DNA of 64,000 nt from assembly GCF_004010195.1 (NCBI RefSeq), contig NC_057718.1:90506376-90570375 (forward strand). The letters run 5' to 3'. The stretch comes from Chiloscyllium plagiosum (lineage: Eukaryota). The notes beneath the pieces were generated by a model that saw only the letters and a program-made list of their open reading frames with translations, ran no database searches and had not been told where the DNA came from. The translations under genes and the position numbers were made by a program. Below, piece after piece: positions 37,352 through 49,464 of this stretch; the first letter of the stretch is position 1, and every line of letters starts with the position of its first letter.

Positions 37352-37617
37352 AAACAAAACCACACAACACCAGATTATAGTCCAACATGTTTATTTGAAA
37401 GTTGGTGCTTCCAAATCCCTGATGAAGAGCTTATGCTCGAAACGTCGACTCTCCTGCTCCCTGGATGCTGCCTGACCAGCTGTGCTTTTCCAGCACGACA
37501 CTCTTCAACGATCCCTGGTGTTGAGTGAGCACGACACTCTTCAACGGTAACCTGGTGTTGTGTGATTTTTCTTTACTTAGTCCACACCAGTCCAACACCG
37601 GCTGCTCCACATCATGG
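37352..37617. mobile_element. Chimeric/nested PLE terminal repeats (family A inside family B)
   Basis: Family-B arms at 37352-37415 and 37548-37617 enclose a family-A segment with an intact hammerhead. AGCACGACACTCTTCAACG occurs twice. Confidence 0.65.
37419..37446 (+). ncRNA. Minimal hammerhead ribozyme motif (PLE-type)
   Basis: CTGATGA-A-GAGC-TTAT-GCTC-GAAA-CGTC. Stem II carries a compensatory change relative to the GGGC/GCCC copies. Confidence 0.7.
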
Positions 37618-39513
37618 CTTCCCTTTCGAGCTGTGTTGTACTGGGAGCAATGACAAATGCTCCCATGGAGCGAATCGAAGAGAGGCAATCTGGGATAAAA
37701 CCAAAGCGTTCCGAGTTAAGCCTCACCATGAACGGCAAATACTGGTTGGCTTTGAAGCTGACTTTTTAAGAAAGCAAACGGTGAAATGGCAATTGAGAGT
37801 GACGGAACCTTGCAGCACTGTCTACATAAATGTGCTGCAAAACATGAAGCGTCTGCCTGGGAGTTGGCATGAAATATAGAAAGATGGAAAATAGGAGCTG
37901 GGGTAGGCCATTTGGCCCCTCTAGCCTGCCCCACCATTCAGTATGATCATGGCTGATCATCCAACTCACGACCCTGTTCCCACTTTCTCCCCATACTCAT
38001 TGGCCCCTGACGCCCGAAGAACTATATCTAATGCCTTCTTGAAAGGATTCAATGCTTTGGCATCAAAGAAAGGGCAGTCGAGTACCCTTCTTGTGGGAAT
38101 GTCTGCATTTCTGTAACACTGCTGCCAGTTCATGTCTAAAACCTGAAGCATTCGTTTACATGCGTTGACAATGACTGCAACATCAAAAGGAAATGTTCTG
38201 GAATATGCTGAGGTTCTGAAATTGCAAATCTTTTCCTTTCCTTCATTTTGTTCCATTGTGACTCTCCTAATGCCTGTGGTATCTCTCCTGAGAAACGGGA
38301 CTTCCACATTTTTGGAAGCATTTGGCAGTTTCAGGTCAGGTGTAAGAAATACCACCTCATTTATCACAGAGAGAGGTCATTTGGACTGCTGGAATGAGCT
38401 GCCAGAGGAAGTGGTGCAAATAGAACAGCTAAAAGGCATCTCTAGTTGGGTGTATGAATAGGAAGGGTTCAGGAGGGTATGGGCCAGGTGCTGGCAAATG
38501 GGACTAGGTTCAGTTAGAATATCTGGTCGGCATGGACGAGTTGGACCGAAGGGTCCGTTTCTGTGCTGTACATCTCTATGACTGTGTGTGCTGTCTCACA
38601 ATCCTTCTGTTTCTCTGTAGCCTGACAGGCCGTTCCAAGGTTTCAATCTGCCTCTGTCAATCTTTCAGATAGCACACTCCACAGACTCTGAGACATAGGA
38701 GCAGATATGGGCCGTTCAGCCCATTGAGTCTGCTCCGCCCCACCATTGACCGACATCGTGGCTGATCTGATAAACCTCAGCTCTTTCCTGTTCCTCACAA
38801 ACGGAAGGACATTTCTCCTTTATTTAGACCTTGCGAGGTTTGCAGAATGAATTTGTCTCTGTTTTGACACAGCAGCATCCCACAGGGATGGAAAATGAAA
38901 AGCACGTCCTCAAGCATCATGCGGTTCGTTTTCAATTTCGGGTTTCCGTCATTCTGTGTCCTCCAGGTGAGTTACAGGTTGAGAAGGAAAGTCTTGCACA
39001 CCTTGCCGTCGCTGGGCACCTCCAAGTGGAAGCACTGCTATAACTTTGGAAATGCATCGGCCAGTTCGCACACTAAACACTCCCCGAAACAGCGCACGAA
39101 TGTAAGATGTCGACTGAGGGCTAAATGTTGGTCAAGACGCCAGGGATAGCTCTCCAGTTCTTCTGCGGAATAATTGCCATGACATCTTTCACTGGGCACC
39201 TTTTGAAGGTAGCTGGGGCCTGGCGCAAGCATCTCTTGTGAAGGACTGCGCCCCTGACAGGGAAGGGCACCTTCAATACTGAGAGGGGGAGTGTCCACGT
39301 CGATTGATGTGTGGATCAGGATTTGAACTGACAAACCTCTTGCTGAGACAGCAGTGCTATCAGCTGAGCTACGACCACCATTTCCAAGAATAGAGGGAGC
39401 GCCGTTGGTTTGTCAGAAGCCTCAGCTAGGTTGAATACAGCACAGAAGCTCTGCTTGGGCACCTGCACTTGGTTCTGTATAAACTGCCAAAGCAACCTAC
39501 ACTTGTTCAACTT

Positions 39514-39852
39514 AGAATCATAGAATCCCTACAGACAGAGGGGTGACCAAAAGAAATAGTAGGTTATAGTGATTCTCTGAAGAGTATCCCACCCATAAAG
39601 CTGTGTTTCCCATGGTTAATCCACCTAACCTAACACACCCCTAAACACTATGCATGGCAACTTAGCATGGCCGATCCACCTAACCTGCACATCTTTGGAT
39701 TGTGGGAGGAAACCGGAGCACCCAGAGGAAACCCACGCAGACACGGGACGAATGTGCAAACTCCACACAGACAATCGCCCGAGACTGGAATCGAACCCGG
39801 GTGCCTGGCGCTGTGAGGCAGCAGTGCTAACCACTGAGCCACCATGCCGCCC
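39514..39852 (-). mobile_element. HE1-type SINE
   Basis: Intact head and body on the - strand. Confidence 0.85.
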
Positions 39853-39904
39853 CTTTACTATTCCTTATTCTCTTTCCCTCATCTTCTTGACAGTCTTATG
39901 TCCA

Positions 39905-40472
39905 AATAGAAGTTTTCAATATTGGAGTTGGGATGCCATGTTGAGATTATACAGAATCTTGGTGAGGCTTCTTGTGGATTACTGTGTGCAGTTCTGGTAG
40001 CCCTATCACAGGACAGATATTATTACCATGGAGAGAGTTCAGAAAAGATTTACCAAGGTGTTGCCAAGAATGGAGGGTTTGAGTTATGGGATGAGATTAG
40101 GACTTTTTCACTGGAGTCTAGGAGACTGAGGGATGATCTTATAGAGGTTTATAAAATCATAAGGGGCATAGATAGGATGAATGATAGGTCTTGTTTCCCT
40201 AGGATGGTGGAATTTCAAGGCTAGGGGGCATATTTTTAAGGTAAGAGGAGAAAGATAAAGAAAAGGCTTGAGGGGGCAACGTTTTTGCTCAGAATGTGGT
40301 TCGCATGTGGAATGAACTTCCAGAGGAAGTGGTGGATGCAGGTACAAAAGACATTTGGACAAATTCATGAATAAATGTTTGGAGGGATAAGAGCCAGCAC
40401 AGAGAGGTGGGACTAGTTAATGCTTAATCTGGACTAGTTGGACCGAAGTCCAAGCGTATGACTGTATGTCTC
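39905..40472 (+). mobile_element. CR1 LINE 3' fragment
   Basis: FSLESRRLRDDLIEVYKII remnant and 3' UTR. Confidence 0.75.
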
Positions 40473-41409
40473 TAATACATTAAATGGGCTGAACGGCCTA
40501 CATCATAGAGTCTAAATTCCTTGGAGCCCAATACCTCTTTGGGCTTGACATTATTTCTTTCTCTCTCTCTCTCCAAATCTGCAATGTTTCACCAGCACTT
40601 TTAATTGTCTGTGAATTAAAATGCACACTTCTTAATCTCATTTTCTTCATTTTCCATTTTTCCCGTTTCCCCTTTCTTTTCTTCACCTTTTTGCATAACA
40701 TATATTCCCTCCAGGGCAGAGGGAAGCCATTTGGCCCATCGAGTCTGCACTGACTTTACAAATCTTTACCTAGTGATGACCAATCCCACTCATTTCATTG
40801 TGGCGTATTTATTGTGGGTGAAAATAAATAATTTTCTAAACTCAACGGTTTCACACTGAACTCAGCAATAGCTTCCATTTTTGTTGTTTTATTGGACAGG
40901 GGAACTCCTCTGTGAGTTAGTGTTCTGAGCATCTCAAAATCTGCCTTGGTTTAATGTCTCATCTGGAAGGCAGCATTGCTGACAGTGCAGCACTCCCTCA
41001 GTATTGCCCAGGAGCGTTGGCCTGGAAATGTAGGGTCTGATTTCTGTAAGGCCGTACAGTCTATTGCTGTGTTGTTATAGTTTACAATATTTTTATCTTA
41101 AGTTGTGGTAAAATCTGCCCTGATCCAGTACTCAAGGCTTCCCAGAGCTGGTGACATGCAGGTGAAAGCTGTCCTCTGTTATTCTCTAAAACGTGCGATT
41201 GAAATTGAGTGACATTTGCAACTGGCTCATTCTAAGCTCACCTGGTATTTGCGAGTGCACAGGCGTAAAACCAGAACTGATTTCCCTTCCCCTTTTACCC
41301 CAGAAATGAAGATGTAAATCTGACACCACGCCCAGACTGATTGACCCTCGTCCAAACAGTGCTGGAGAAACTCAGCAGGTCTGGCAGCGCCTGGAGTGAG
41401 AAACAGGGT

Positions 41410-42110
41410 AAAGAGACTGCTGGAAGCCATAGCATAGAGGGATTTGAGGGTCGGAGCGCATGAATCACAAGAAGTTAGCATCCAAGTTGAGTAGGAAAGG
41501 CAAATCCAGTGATGGCGTTTATTACAAAGTAAATGGAGTATAAGAATAGAACAGTCTTGCAAAACATATACAAAGCACGGGTTGGACCACACCTGGAATA
41601 TGGTGGACAGTTTGGGTCCCTTTATCCAAGGGAAAATGTATCAGCATTAGAAGCCATCCGCAGAAGGTCATAGGCTAAAGGGTCTCCTGTACTGTATGAT
41701 TTGAAGGTCCGCTAGGTTGATCCCAGGTATGGAGGGGAGGTTGAGTAGATTAGGCCTGTGTTGATTGGGGTTCAGAAGAATGAAAGATGACCTCATTGAA
41801 CCAAACAAGATTCTTAGCAGACTTGACAAGGGTAGATACTGGAAAGTTATCTCCCCTCGAGCCAGAGTCAAAGTCCACAGAGCATAATCTCAGAATAGGG
41901 AGTCACACATTCAAGGCAGAGATGAGGAGAAATTTCTCCTCTGAGGTATAAAGCTGTGGAATTCCTCACTGCCTGTTGGGTCATTCAGCATATTCAAAAG
42001 CTGAGATTTTTAATCAGGAAGAGAATCCAGGGTTGAGGGGTAAAGGCAGGAAAGTGGGATGGGGGATGATCAGATCAGCCATTAAATGGGCTGAATGGCC
42101 TACATTGTCT
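41410..42110 (+). mobile_element. Old CR1 LINE 3' fragment
   Basis: Decayed RPHLEY...QFGSP and FRRMKDDLIE motifs, CR1 3' UTR. Confidence 0.6.
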
Positions 42111-42355
42111 GACGTTTCAATATGGCTTCCTTGAAACCCCTGTCTTACAATCAGAGAGATGTACAGCACAGAAACAGACCCTTTGGTCCAACTCGTCCAT
42201 ACCAACCAGATATCCCAACCCAATCTAGTCCCATTTGCCAGCACCTGGCCCATAGCCCACTAAACCCTTCCTATTCATATACCTATCCAGATGCCTTTAA
42301 AATGCTATAATTGTACCAGCCTCCACCACTTCCTCTCTTTGGACTTAATACTATT

Positions 42356-42780
42356 TTCTCTCTCTCTCTCGCTCTGTCTCACTGTCTCACTCTCTTACTC
42401 TCACTCTCACTCTCATTCTTCACCCTCTCTCTCACTGCCTCTCTCACTCCCTCACTCACTCACTCTCACTCTCACTCTCACTCACTCTCACTCACTCTCA
42501 CTCTCACTCTCACTCACTCTCACTCACTCTCACTCTCACTCTCACTCACTCTCACTCACTCTCACTCTCACTCTCACTCACTCTCATTCACTCTCATTCA
42601 CTCTTGCACTAACTCTCATTCACTCACTCACTCACTCTCACACTCTCATTCACTCTCTCACTCTCTCTCACTCTCTCTCTTTCTCTCACTGTCTCTCTCT
42701 CTCTCACACTGTCACTTTCTCACTCTCTTACTCACTCTCACTCTCTCATTCACTCTCACTCTGTCTCTCTCTCTCTCTCC
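42356..42780. repeat. (CT)/(CTCA)n low-complexity microsatellite
   Basis: Directly visible. It is the source of the spurious SHSLTL-rich ORFs. Confidence 0.95.
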
Positions 42781-44479
42781 TTATCTGCAGTGTTTCTCCA
42801 GCACTTTCTGTTTGTATTTCAGATCTCGAGCATCAATGGTGCTTTGCTTTCATGGCCCCACCCCCTCAGTCAGTGATTGTGTACCTGCTCTGGTGTATTT
42901 GCTGAAGGAACCATCCACCTACAGCAAGTGGCTGTTCCTTTCTCAACAAATGGAGTACTTGCAGCTTCTGAAAGTTGGATCTTGTCCAGCAGGCTGCCAC
43001 CTGCCAAGATTACTCTTAATCACTTAGCAAGCTAGCAAGAAACTGTTTTATTTATAACAGCCACTGACAATGGTTTTGGGGGAAATTAAAGCAAAGTAGT
43101 GCACTGACGAGTGGAGAGTTGCTGGGGCTTGTTACCTCCTCTGAAACACACACAAATCCCTCCCCCAGGCCGTCCGCCCTCATGGTTGCTCCCTTCAGAC
43201 CTGCCCAGACTATTCCTCTCATACCTATGCCTGCCCACCCCATCAGACCTGGATTACTCCCTCACCCCCTCTTGAACCTTCTTGGATAATCCATCCCTTA
43301 TTTCCAAGCACCCCAAACCCTCCCCTTCAGGCTGTTCACGCCTATTCAGGCCACTCCTTATCCACTCAATGTTCTTTCGGGCCTACTTGGACCTGACCAC
43401 CCTCCCCCAGGCTCTGGTTTTGGTATGCCACTGCTCCTAAACTGTCCCCCCACTCCCCAAAGTGGATCGAACCAGCTCTTCAGGTTGATCCTGAGTAGCA
43501 CTACCACCCCTGTGTTGGGTTCCTAGCCCCACCCTCCACAAAGGACAGGCCTGACCACCCTCATTCATTGCCTGGAGAAATACAGGCCCAATGGCATTGT
43601 GGGAAGGAACATGCTGAGGCAATTTCTGAAAATCCGGATTAGCTGTTCACTCTGGTTTTGAGGTACACCGTTGTGTCAGCAGTTTCAGGCAATCTGAGGC
43701 CTGTTCTTTCCAGGCTGCATGGTTCTATTGCTTTTCCTTTGCCTATATAATTTGACCCGGCACCTGTGGTGAATTTCAGACGCTTTGCAAAGCAGATCGC
43801 TGTGTTTCCAATGTGATGGAATGCTGCTAAGACGTAACAATTAAAAGTGTTGCTGGCAACATGCATGAACAGTTTACCTTGAGATCATGAAGGAGACGTT
43901 TATCACGAAGCACTACTCCTTTGATTTTGGGCTTTGATTTTTTTCCCCTTCTCTCCTGACTCATGCTGGGGTTTATTCTTACTGAGGGTGTGCACTTCTG
44001 AACTGAATGGTTTGTTTCTGTGCTGTATGATTTCATGACTGTGACTCCAGTCCCCAGGGCAATCCCACACTCCCATTGTGTTCGCTGACCTTCAGTTCCC
44101 AAGATTCACTGCTCTTCATTGATCCTTCAAGAGCACCTCGTGGGATGTTTTGTTCATCTTACCCACCGGCCACATCCTTGACCCAATTCTGAAGTGTTGG
44201 CAAACCTCTCCAACGCTGCTCCCCAGGCCTCAATCCCTCTGCCTCCAGTTCTGTGTGGAGTTGACTAACTTGTGGGGGTTGCCATAGACACGAGGAACGA
44301 AGCCAAGGCTGGGAGGAGGGCACTGGGTTGTGGGCCCCTTGTGAGTTTTTTTTATGTTTGGAGCGACGGCTGTCAGATGAAACCACAAAAAGTGTGGAAT
44401 CGGCATCCAAAATTATACTGGCCTCTCCTCATCCTTTTAGAAAGGCAATAAAGATCACTTTTTACCTTCAGAAAGTACT

Positions 44480-45470
44480 TTATTGGATTCATTTACTGGG
44501 GTGTAAGTCCCGCTGGCATTTCTAAGTCTCCTCTCATCACCCTAGTGGTTGGTGACCTGCTTGCTTTGGAGACTTCTGCCTTTGGTGTGTAGCGAGACCT
44601 TCCACAGCGAGACCCTCCATGTTGTTAGGAAGCAGCTTTGTAACTTTGACTTGCTGGCAGTGAAGAAACCTGACATGAGTCAGGATGGGGACACATTGTA
44701 CAGGTGGTGACGTTCTGATGCACCTGCTGCCCATGCCCTCCTAGCTGGTAGATTTGTGGTTCAGAAAATACCGTTTCAGGAGCTGCAGTGAGTTGCTGCA
44801 GTGCTTCTTGTCGATGCTAGTTAGCTCTGCGACCGGGTGTTGGTGGTGGAGGGAGTGAATGTTGAAATGTCATGGATGGGATTCCAGGCTGCTTCATCCT
44901 GGATGACGCCAAGCTTCTTGAGTGGCATTTCAGCTGCACTCATTCAGGTATTCCATCACACTCCTGATTTGTCCCTTGCAGTTGACGGGACAGGCTTTGG
45001 GATTCAGGAGGTGAGTTACTTGCCTCAAAGTTTCCGAGCTTCCAAGCAGCCACAGTGGCTTATCCAGTTTCTGGTCAGCAGTAAACCCCGAGATGTTAAT
45101 AGAGTGGAGTTAGTTGTAGTACTATTGAATATCATGGGAAGCTGATTAGATTCTTTCTTGTTGGAGTTGGTCATTGCCTACCACTTAAGTAGCATAAATG
45201 GTACTTGCCACTTGTCATCCCAAGCCTGGATGGATATTATCCAGGTCTTGTTACATTCGGACATGAAGTGCTTCAGTATCTGAGGAGTCATGAACGGTGC
45301 TGAACACTGTGCAATGATCAGTGAACATCCTGACTTCTGACCTTATGGAGAGATGAAGCAGCTGAAGATGGTTGGGCCTTGGACACTCCACTGATGAACT
45401 CCTGCAGAGATGTCTTCGAGCTGAGATTATTAGTCTCCAAGAACTGTAAACATCTACTTTGGTGCTGGAT
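44480..45470 (-). mobile_element. Decayed CR1/L2-clade LINE (second family)
   Basis: SIRSEVRMFTDHCTVFS (FADD-like RT motif remnant) and the shared 3' end. Confidence 0.6.
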
Positions 45471-45967
45471 ATAGCGGCGAAGGCATCAGTGGCGGTGAGA
45501 TGGCACTGAGGAGTGCAGACTTCCATTGCAACGGCAGTGGTGTGGAGACTGGGACTCGTGCCTGGCCACTGGCTCCATGGTGGAGCACTTAACCAGAAGG
45601 ATCGAAAACGTTGAACACCTCTTTTCTTTATTTCTTTACTCCTCTGCCTTTGTATTCTATGTTTTGGTTTTTTTGTGTGTTTTAAATGGCACTGTGGATT
45701 GGCGATGCGAAACAACACTTGTCAACACGTCACAATAAATACATCGCATCAAATCCAAACAGCAGGGTGTTTCACCTCGATGGTTCATTCAGTAAAAAGC
45801 TTCCCTTAATGTCACTTACAGCCCACCTCACCTTTTTGTGTTTTTTTTAGGTTAATTCTTCTTTCTAATGTAGCCTGACACAGAGATGTACAGCACGGAA
45901 TCAGACCCTTCAGTCTCTCTCATCGATGCCAATCAGGTATCCTAACCTAATCTAGTCCCTTTTTTTT

Positions 45968-46240
45968 ATTAGATTAGATTTACTACAGTGTGGAAACAGG
46001 CCCTTCGGCCCAACAAGTCCACACCAACCCTCCAGAGAGTAACCGACCCAGACCCATTTCCCTCTAACACTACGGGCAATTTAGCATGGCCAATTCACCT
46101 AACCTGCACATCCTTGGATTGTGGGAGGAAACCGGAGCACCCGGAGGAAACCCCTGCAGACAGTCGCCCGAGGCTGGAATTGAACCTGGGTCCCTGATGC
46201 TGTGAGGCAGCAGTGCTAACCACTGAGCCACCGTGCTGCC
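45968..46240 (-). mobile_element. HE1-type SINE inserted in a CR1 3' end
   Basis: Consensus on the - strand, with CR1 3' sequence on both sides. Confidence 0.8.
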
Positions 46241-47545
46241 CATATCCCTCTAAACCCTTCCTATTCATATACCCATCCAGATGCCTTTTAACTGTAACTG
46301 TACCAGCCTCCACCACTTCCTCTGGCAGCTCATTCCATACACGCACCACCCTCTGCATGGAAAAGTTGCTCCTTCGGTCCTGTTTAAATCTTTCCCCTCT
46401 CACCCTAAACCTATGCCCTTGAGTTTTGTACTCTACTACCCTCAGAAAAAGACTTTGTCTATTCACCCTATTCATGCTCCTCATGATTTCATAAACCTTT
46501 ATAAGTTCACCCCCTCAGCCTCTGACACTCCAGGAAAAACAGCCCTAAGCTATTCAGCCTCTCTCTGTAGCCGAAACCCTCCAATCCTGGCAGCATCCTT
46601 GTAAGTCTTTTCTGAACCATTTCAAGTTTCACAACATCCTTCCTATAGCAGGGCTACCATCTGTCATTGTTGATTTGGGGACCACTCCATTGTGGTTCTG
46701 GTGGAACTACCTAATTTATGTTGCAGCCCCCAAGTCCTTCATTCCTGGTGTCTAGGTTCTGACAGTTCTGGCACTGCAGCACACAATACAGTTGCTTGTC
46801 ACTGCTGCATGCTGATGTTGATTTATGGTAAATTTAGAGCTATTTTCCCTGGAGCATCGGAGACTGAAGGGTGATCTTATTGAGGTTTACAAAATCATGA
46901 GGAGCATGGATAGGGTAAATAGGCAAGGTATTTTCCTCAGGGTAGGCGAGTCTCAAACCAGAGGGCATAGGTTTAGGGTGAGAGGGAAAAGTTTTTTAAA
47001 AAGGACCTAAGGGACAATATTTTCACACAGAAGGTGGTGTGTGTAGGAAGTGATTAGATTGGTTTAGATTCCCTCCAGTATGGATACTGGCCCTTCGGCC
47101 CAACAAGTTCACATCGACCCTCCAAAGAGTAACCCACCCAGACCCATTCCCCTACCCTATATTTACCCCTTACTAATGCACCTAACATTATGGGTAATTT
47201 AGCATGACCAATATATCTAAGCAGCACATCTTTGGATTGTGGGAGGAAACTGGTGCACCCAGAGGAAACCCATGCAGACCGAGGGAGAATGTGCAAACTC
47301 CACACAAACCCAGAGGCTGGAATCAAACCCTGGGTCCCTGGTGCCGTGAGGCAGCAGTGGTAACCACTGAGCCACCATCCTGCCCCATGATGGAGGCTGG
47401 TACAATTACAACATCCAGAAGGATGGGTATATGAATAGGAAGGCTTTAGGGGGATGTGGGCCCAAAAGGAACAAGATTAATTTAGGACATCTGGTCAGCA
47501 TGGACGAATTGGACCGAAGGGTCTGTTTCCGTACAACTCTTATGA
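46241..47545. mobile_element. Two oppositely oriented CR1 3' fragments (46241-46655 on -, 46838-47545 on +)
   Basis: LEHRRLKGDLIEVYKIM on + and RVVRVWNELPEEVVEAG on -. Confidence 0.75.
47053..47386 (-). mobile_element. HE1-type SINE inserted in CR1
   Basis: Consensus on the - strand. Confidence 0.8.
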
Positions 47546-47968
47546 CTCGAAGTGATTTACTTCGAGAAGTTCCATCGTTCGCCGTAAGGGAGTTTGCTGA
47601 AACTCAGTGCGGCCTGAGCGGTGAGAAAGTGTTTGTTCCCAAATCCCCGGGCCTTTACCTGACATTCTTGTCTGTTGGTGGAAAAATGTCGCTTTGCCTG
47701 GTATTCGAGCAGATCATACTGTACAAAGTGCAGCGTGGTAGCAGGACAGAATGCTTAAAATCCCAGCCCCCTAGGGTGTGGGGAGCTGGAGGACATCTTC
47801 GTGTGTGTGTTTGCTGAAGAGGCAAGGGTCAAGCCGTGACAGACTTTGTACATGTCGCTCCCTCTCTCTGCAGTGAGAATAGTCAGGGTAAACTAGTCAG
47901 AAGAGGCTGCAAACTGCAATATTATTCGTTAAAAAGCAGCCAAAGGAAGTATCTTGTTAAATGAAACA

Positions 47969-48175
47969 TGATTTGGAGATGCCGGTGTTGGACTGGGGTG
48001 TACAAAGTTAAAAATCACACAACACCAGGTTATAGTCCAACAGGTTTAATTGGAAGCACACTAGCTTTCGGAGTGACGCTCCTTCAATCACCTGATGAAG
48101 GAGCGTTGCTCCGAAAGCCAGTGTGCTTCCAATTAAACCTGTTGGACTATGACCTGGTGTTGTGTGATTTTTAAC
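47969..48175. mobile_element. Palindromic ORF-less PLE-derived insertion (family B)
   Basis: Inverted arms GTTAAAAATCACACAACACCAGGTTATAGTCCAACAGG.../...CCTGTTGGACTATGACCTGGTGTTGTGTGATTTTTAAC with central damaged hammerhead cores. TSD TAAATGAAACA at 47958-47968 and 48176-48186. Confidence 0.8.
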
Positions 48176-48375
48176 TAAATGAAACACAGCAGCTTGACAT
48201 TTTTGAGTCCTGAAAGGGTTTTGGAACTTGAATGATCTTTGCCATATTTCTGCTGCCAACAGTGCCCCTTTCCCAGTGGTGAGGATGTTAAACTGCACCC
48301 TGCAATGCCACTGTATCTTATCTTCTGCAATGGCACTCTCTCTGATTCCGGTAAGTGCTATAATACTGTGCAGGT

Positions 48376-48611
48376 AGAATCCCTACAGTGTGGAAGCAGG
48401 CCATTTGGCCCAGCAAGTCCACATTGACCCTCCGAAGAGCATCCCACCCAACTATCCTTAGGCTTAACCCACCTAGCCTGCACATCCCTCGACACTATGG
48501 GACAATTTAGTATTGCCAATCCACTTAACCACACAGAGTCACCTGAGGGTGGAAATGAACCCAGGTCCTTGGCACTGTACGGTAGCAGTGCTAACCACTG
48601 AGCCACCGTGT
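48376..48611 (-). mobile_element. HE1-type SINE (internally deleted)
   Basis: Head and tail present, middle missing. Confidence 0.7.
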
Positions 48612-49464
48612 CCAACTGCACAACTAAGGCTTGGGAATATTTTCACTGCTGGGGATGGCTGCCCACTATCTGTCTTTAAAGGATTGAAGTGATGCTGAGC
48701 ACAGGCCTGAGATGATCCACACCTCGCTGTCTCCTCCTCTAAGACCCTCCTCACAACCTCCCTTTTTGAGCAGCTGCCCCTCTGTAACTCAGTGTTGGTG
48801 ATTTGAATTTGCAATGAGGTGCCTTGTTCCTTTGTTTTGTTTTGGAGGAGTTGCTCCGTCAAGAACGCTTTCTAAATAGAAATTGTTGTTGTGGTCAGAA
48901 GTTTAGCAGGAGGTGGGTGGAGGGGAATGCTGTGGCTTAGTTGGCACCATAAGAGATAGTGGATGCCAGTCATTGCCAGTGGTCCCTGATGCCAGTGATG
49001 ATATTACAACCCCTCAGTTTTGTGAGGAAACGTCCCCCAGGAGTATCTAAGGTTGAATCTTGAGGTCTGTATGAGAGCAGTTCACGCCCGTGTGAAATGT
49101 CCACAGCAGTTGTTAAAGATTGTGGGTATTTGTTGTAAGCCTGGTGATACAAGATGGCCGACTGCAGCAGATCGCCCAGCAGGATCATGTGGCATTCATT
49201 TAGATCATGGCTGATCTGTAACTTGCATCCATATTTAAAAGAAAATTGTTCATAAGGTGTGAGCGTTGCTGATTGGGCCAACACTTGTTTCCTGTTCCTC
49301 ATGGCCCTTGCACTGATTGGTTTGCTGAGCCATTTCGTGTGGTGTGGAAGAGTCAACTGTATTACGGTGACTCTGGAGCTGTATGTTGGCTAGCCCAGAT
49401 AAGAATGACAGATTTTCTTCCCCAAAGGATGGGAGTAAACCAAGTGACAGCCGATAACCGAACT

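Noticed and set aside
38828..38966. Possible extra exon (tttatttAG...CCAG/GTGAGT)
   Set aside because: No similarity to NCKX exon 3 (HEFP motif), and it has an early TGA in the frame continuing from the real exon. At most a cryptic exon, unsupported without RNA data.
42291..43027. Longest ORFs in the track (204 and 238 aa, Ser/Leu/His/Thr-rich)
   Set aside because: They are translations of a CT/CTCA microsatellite that lacks stop codons.
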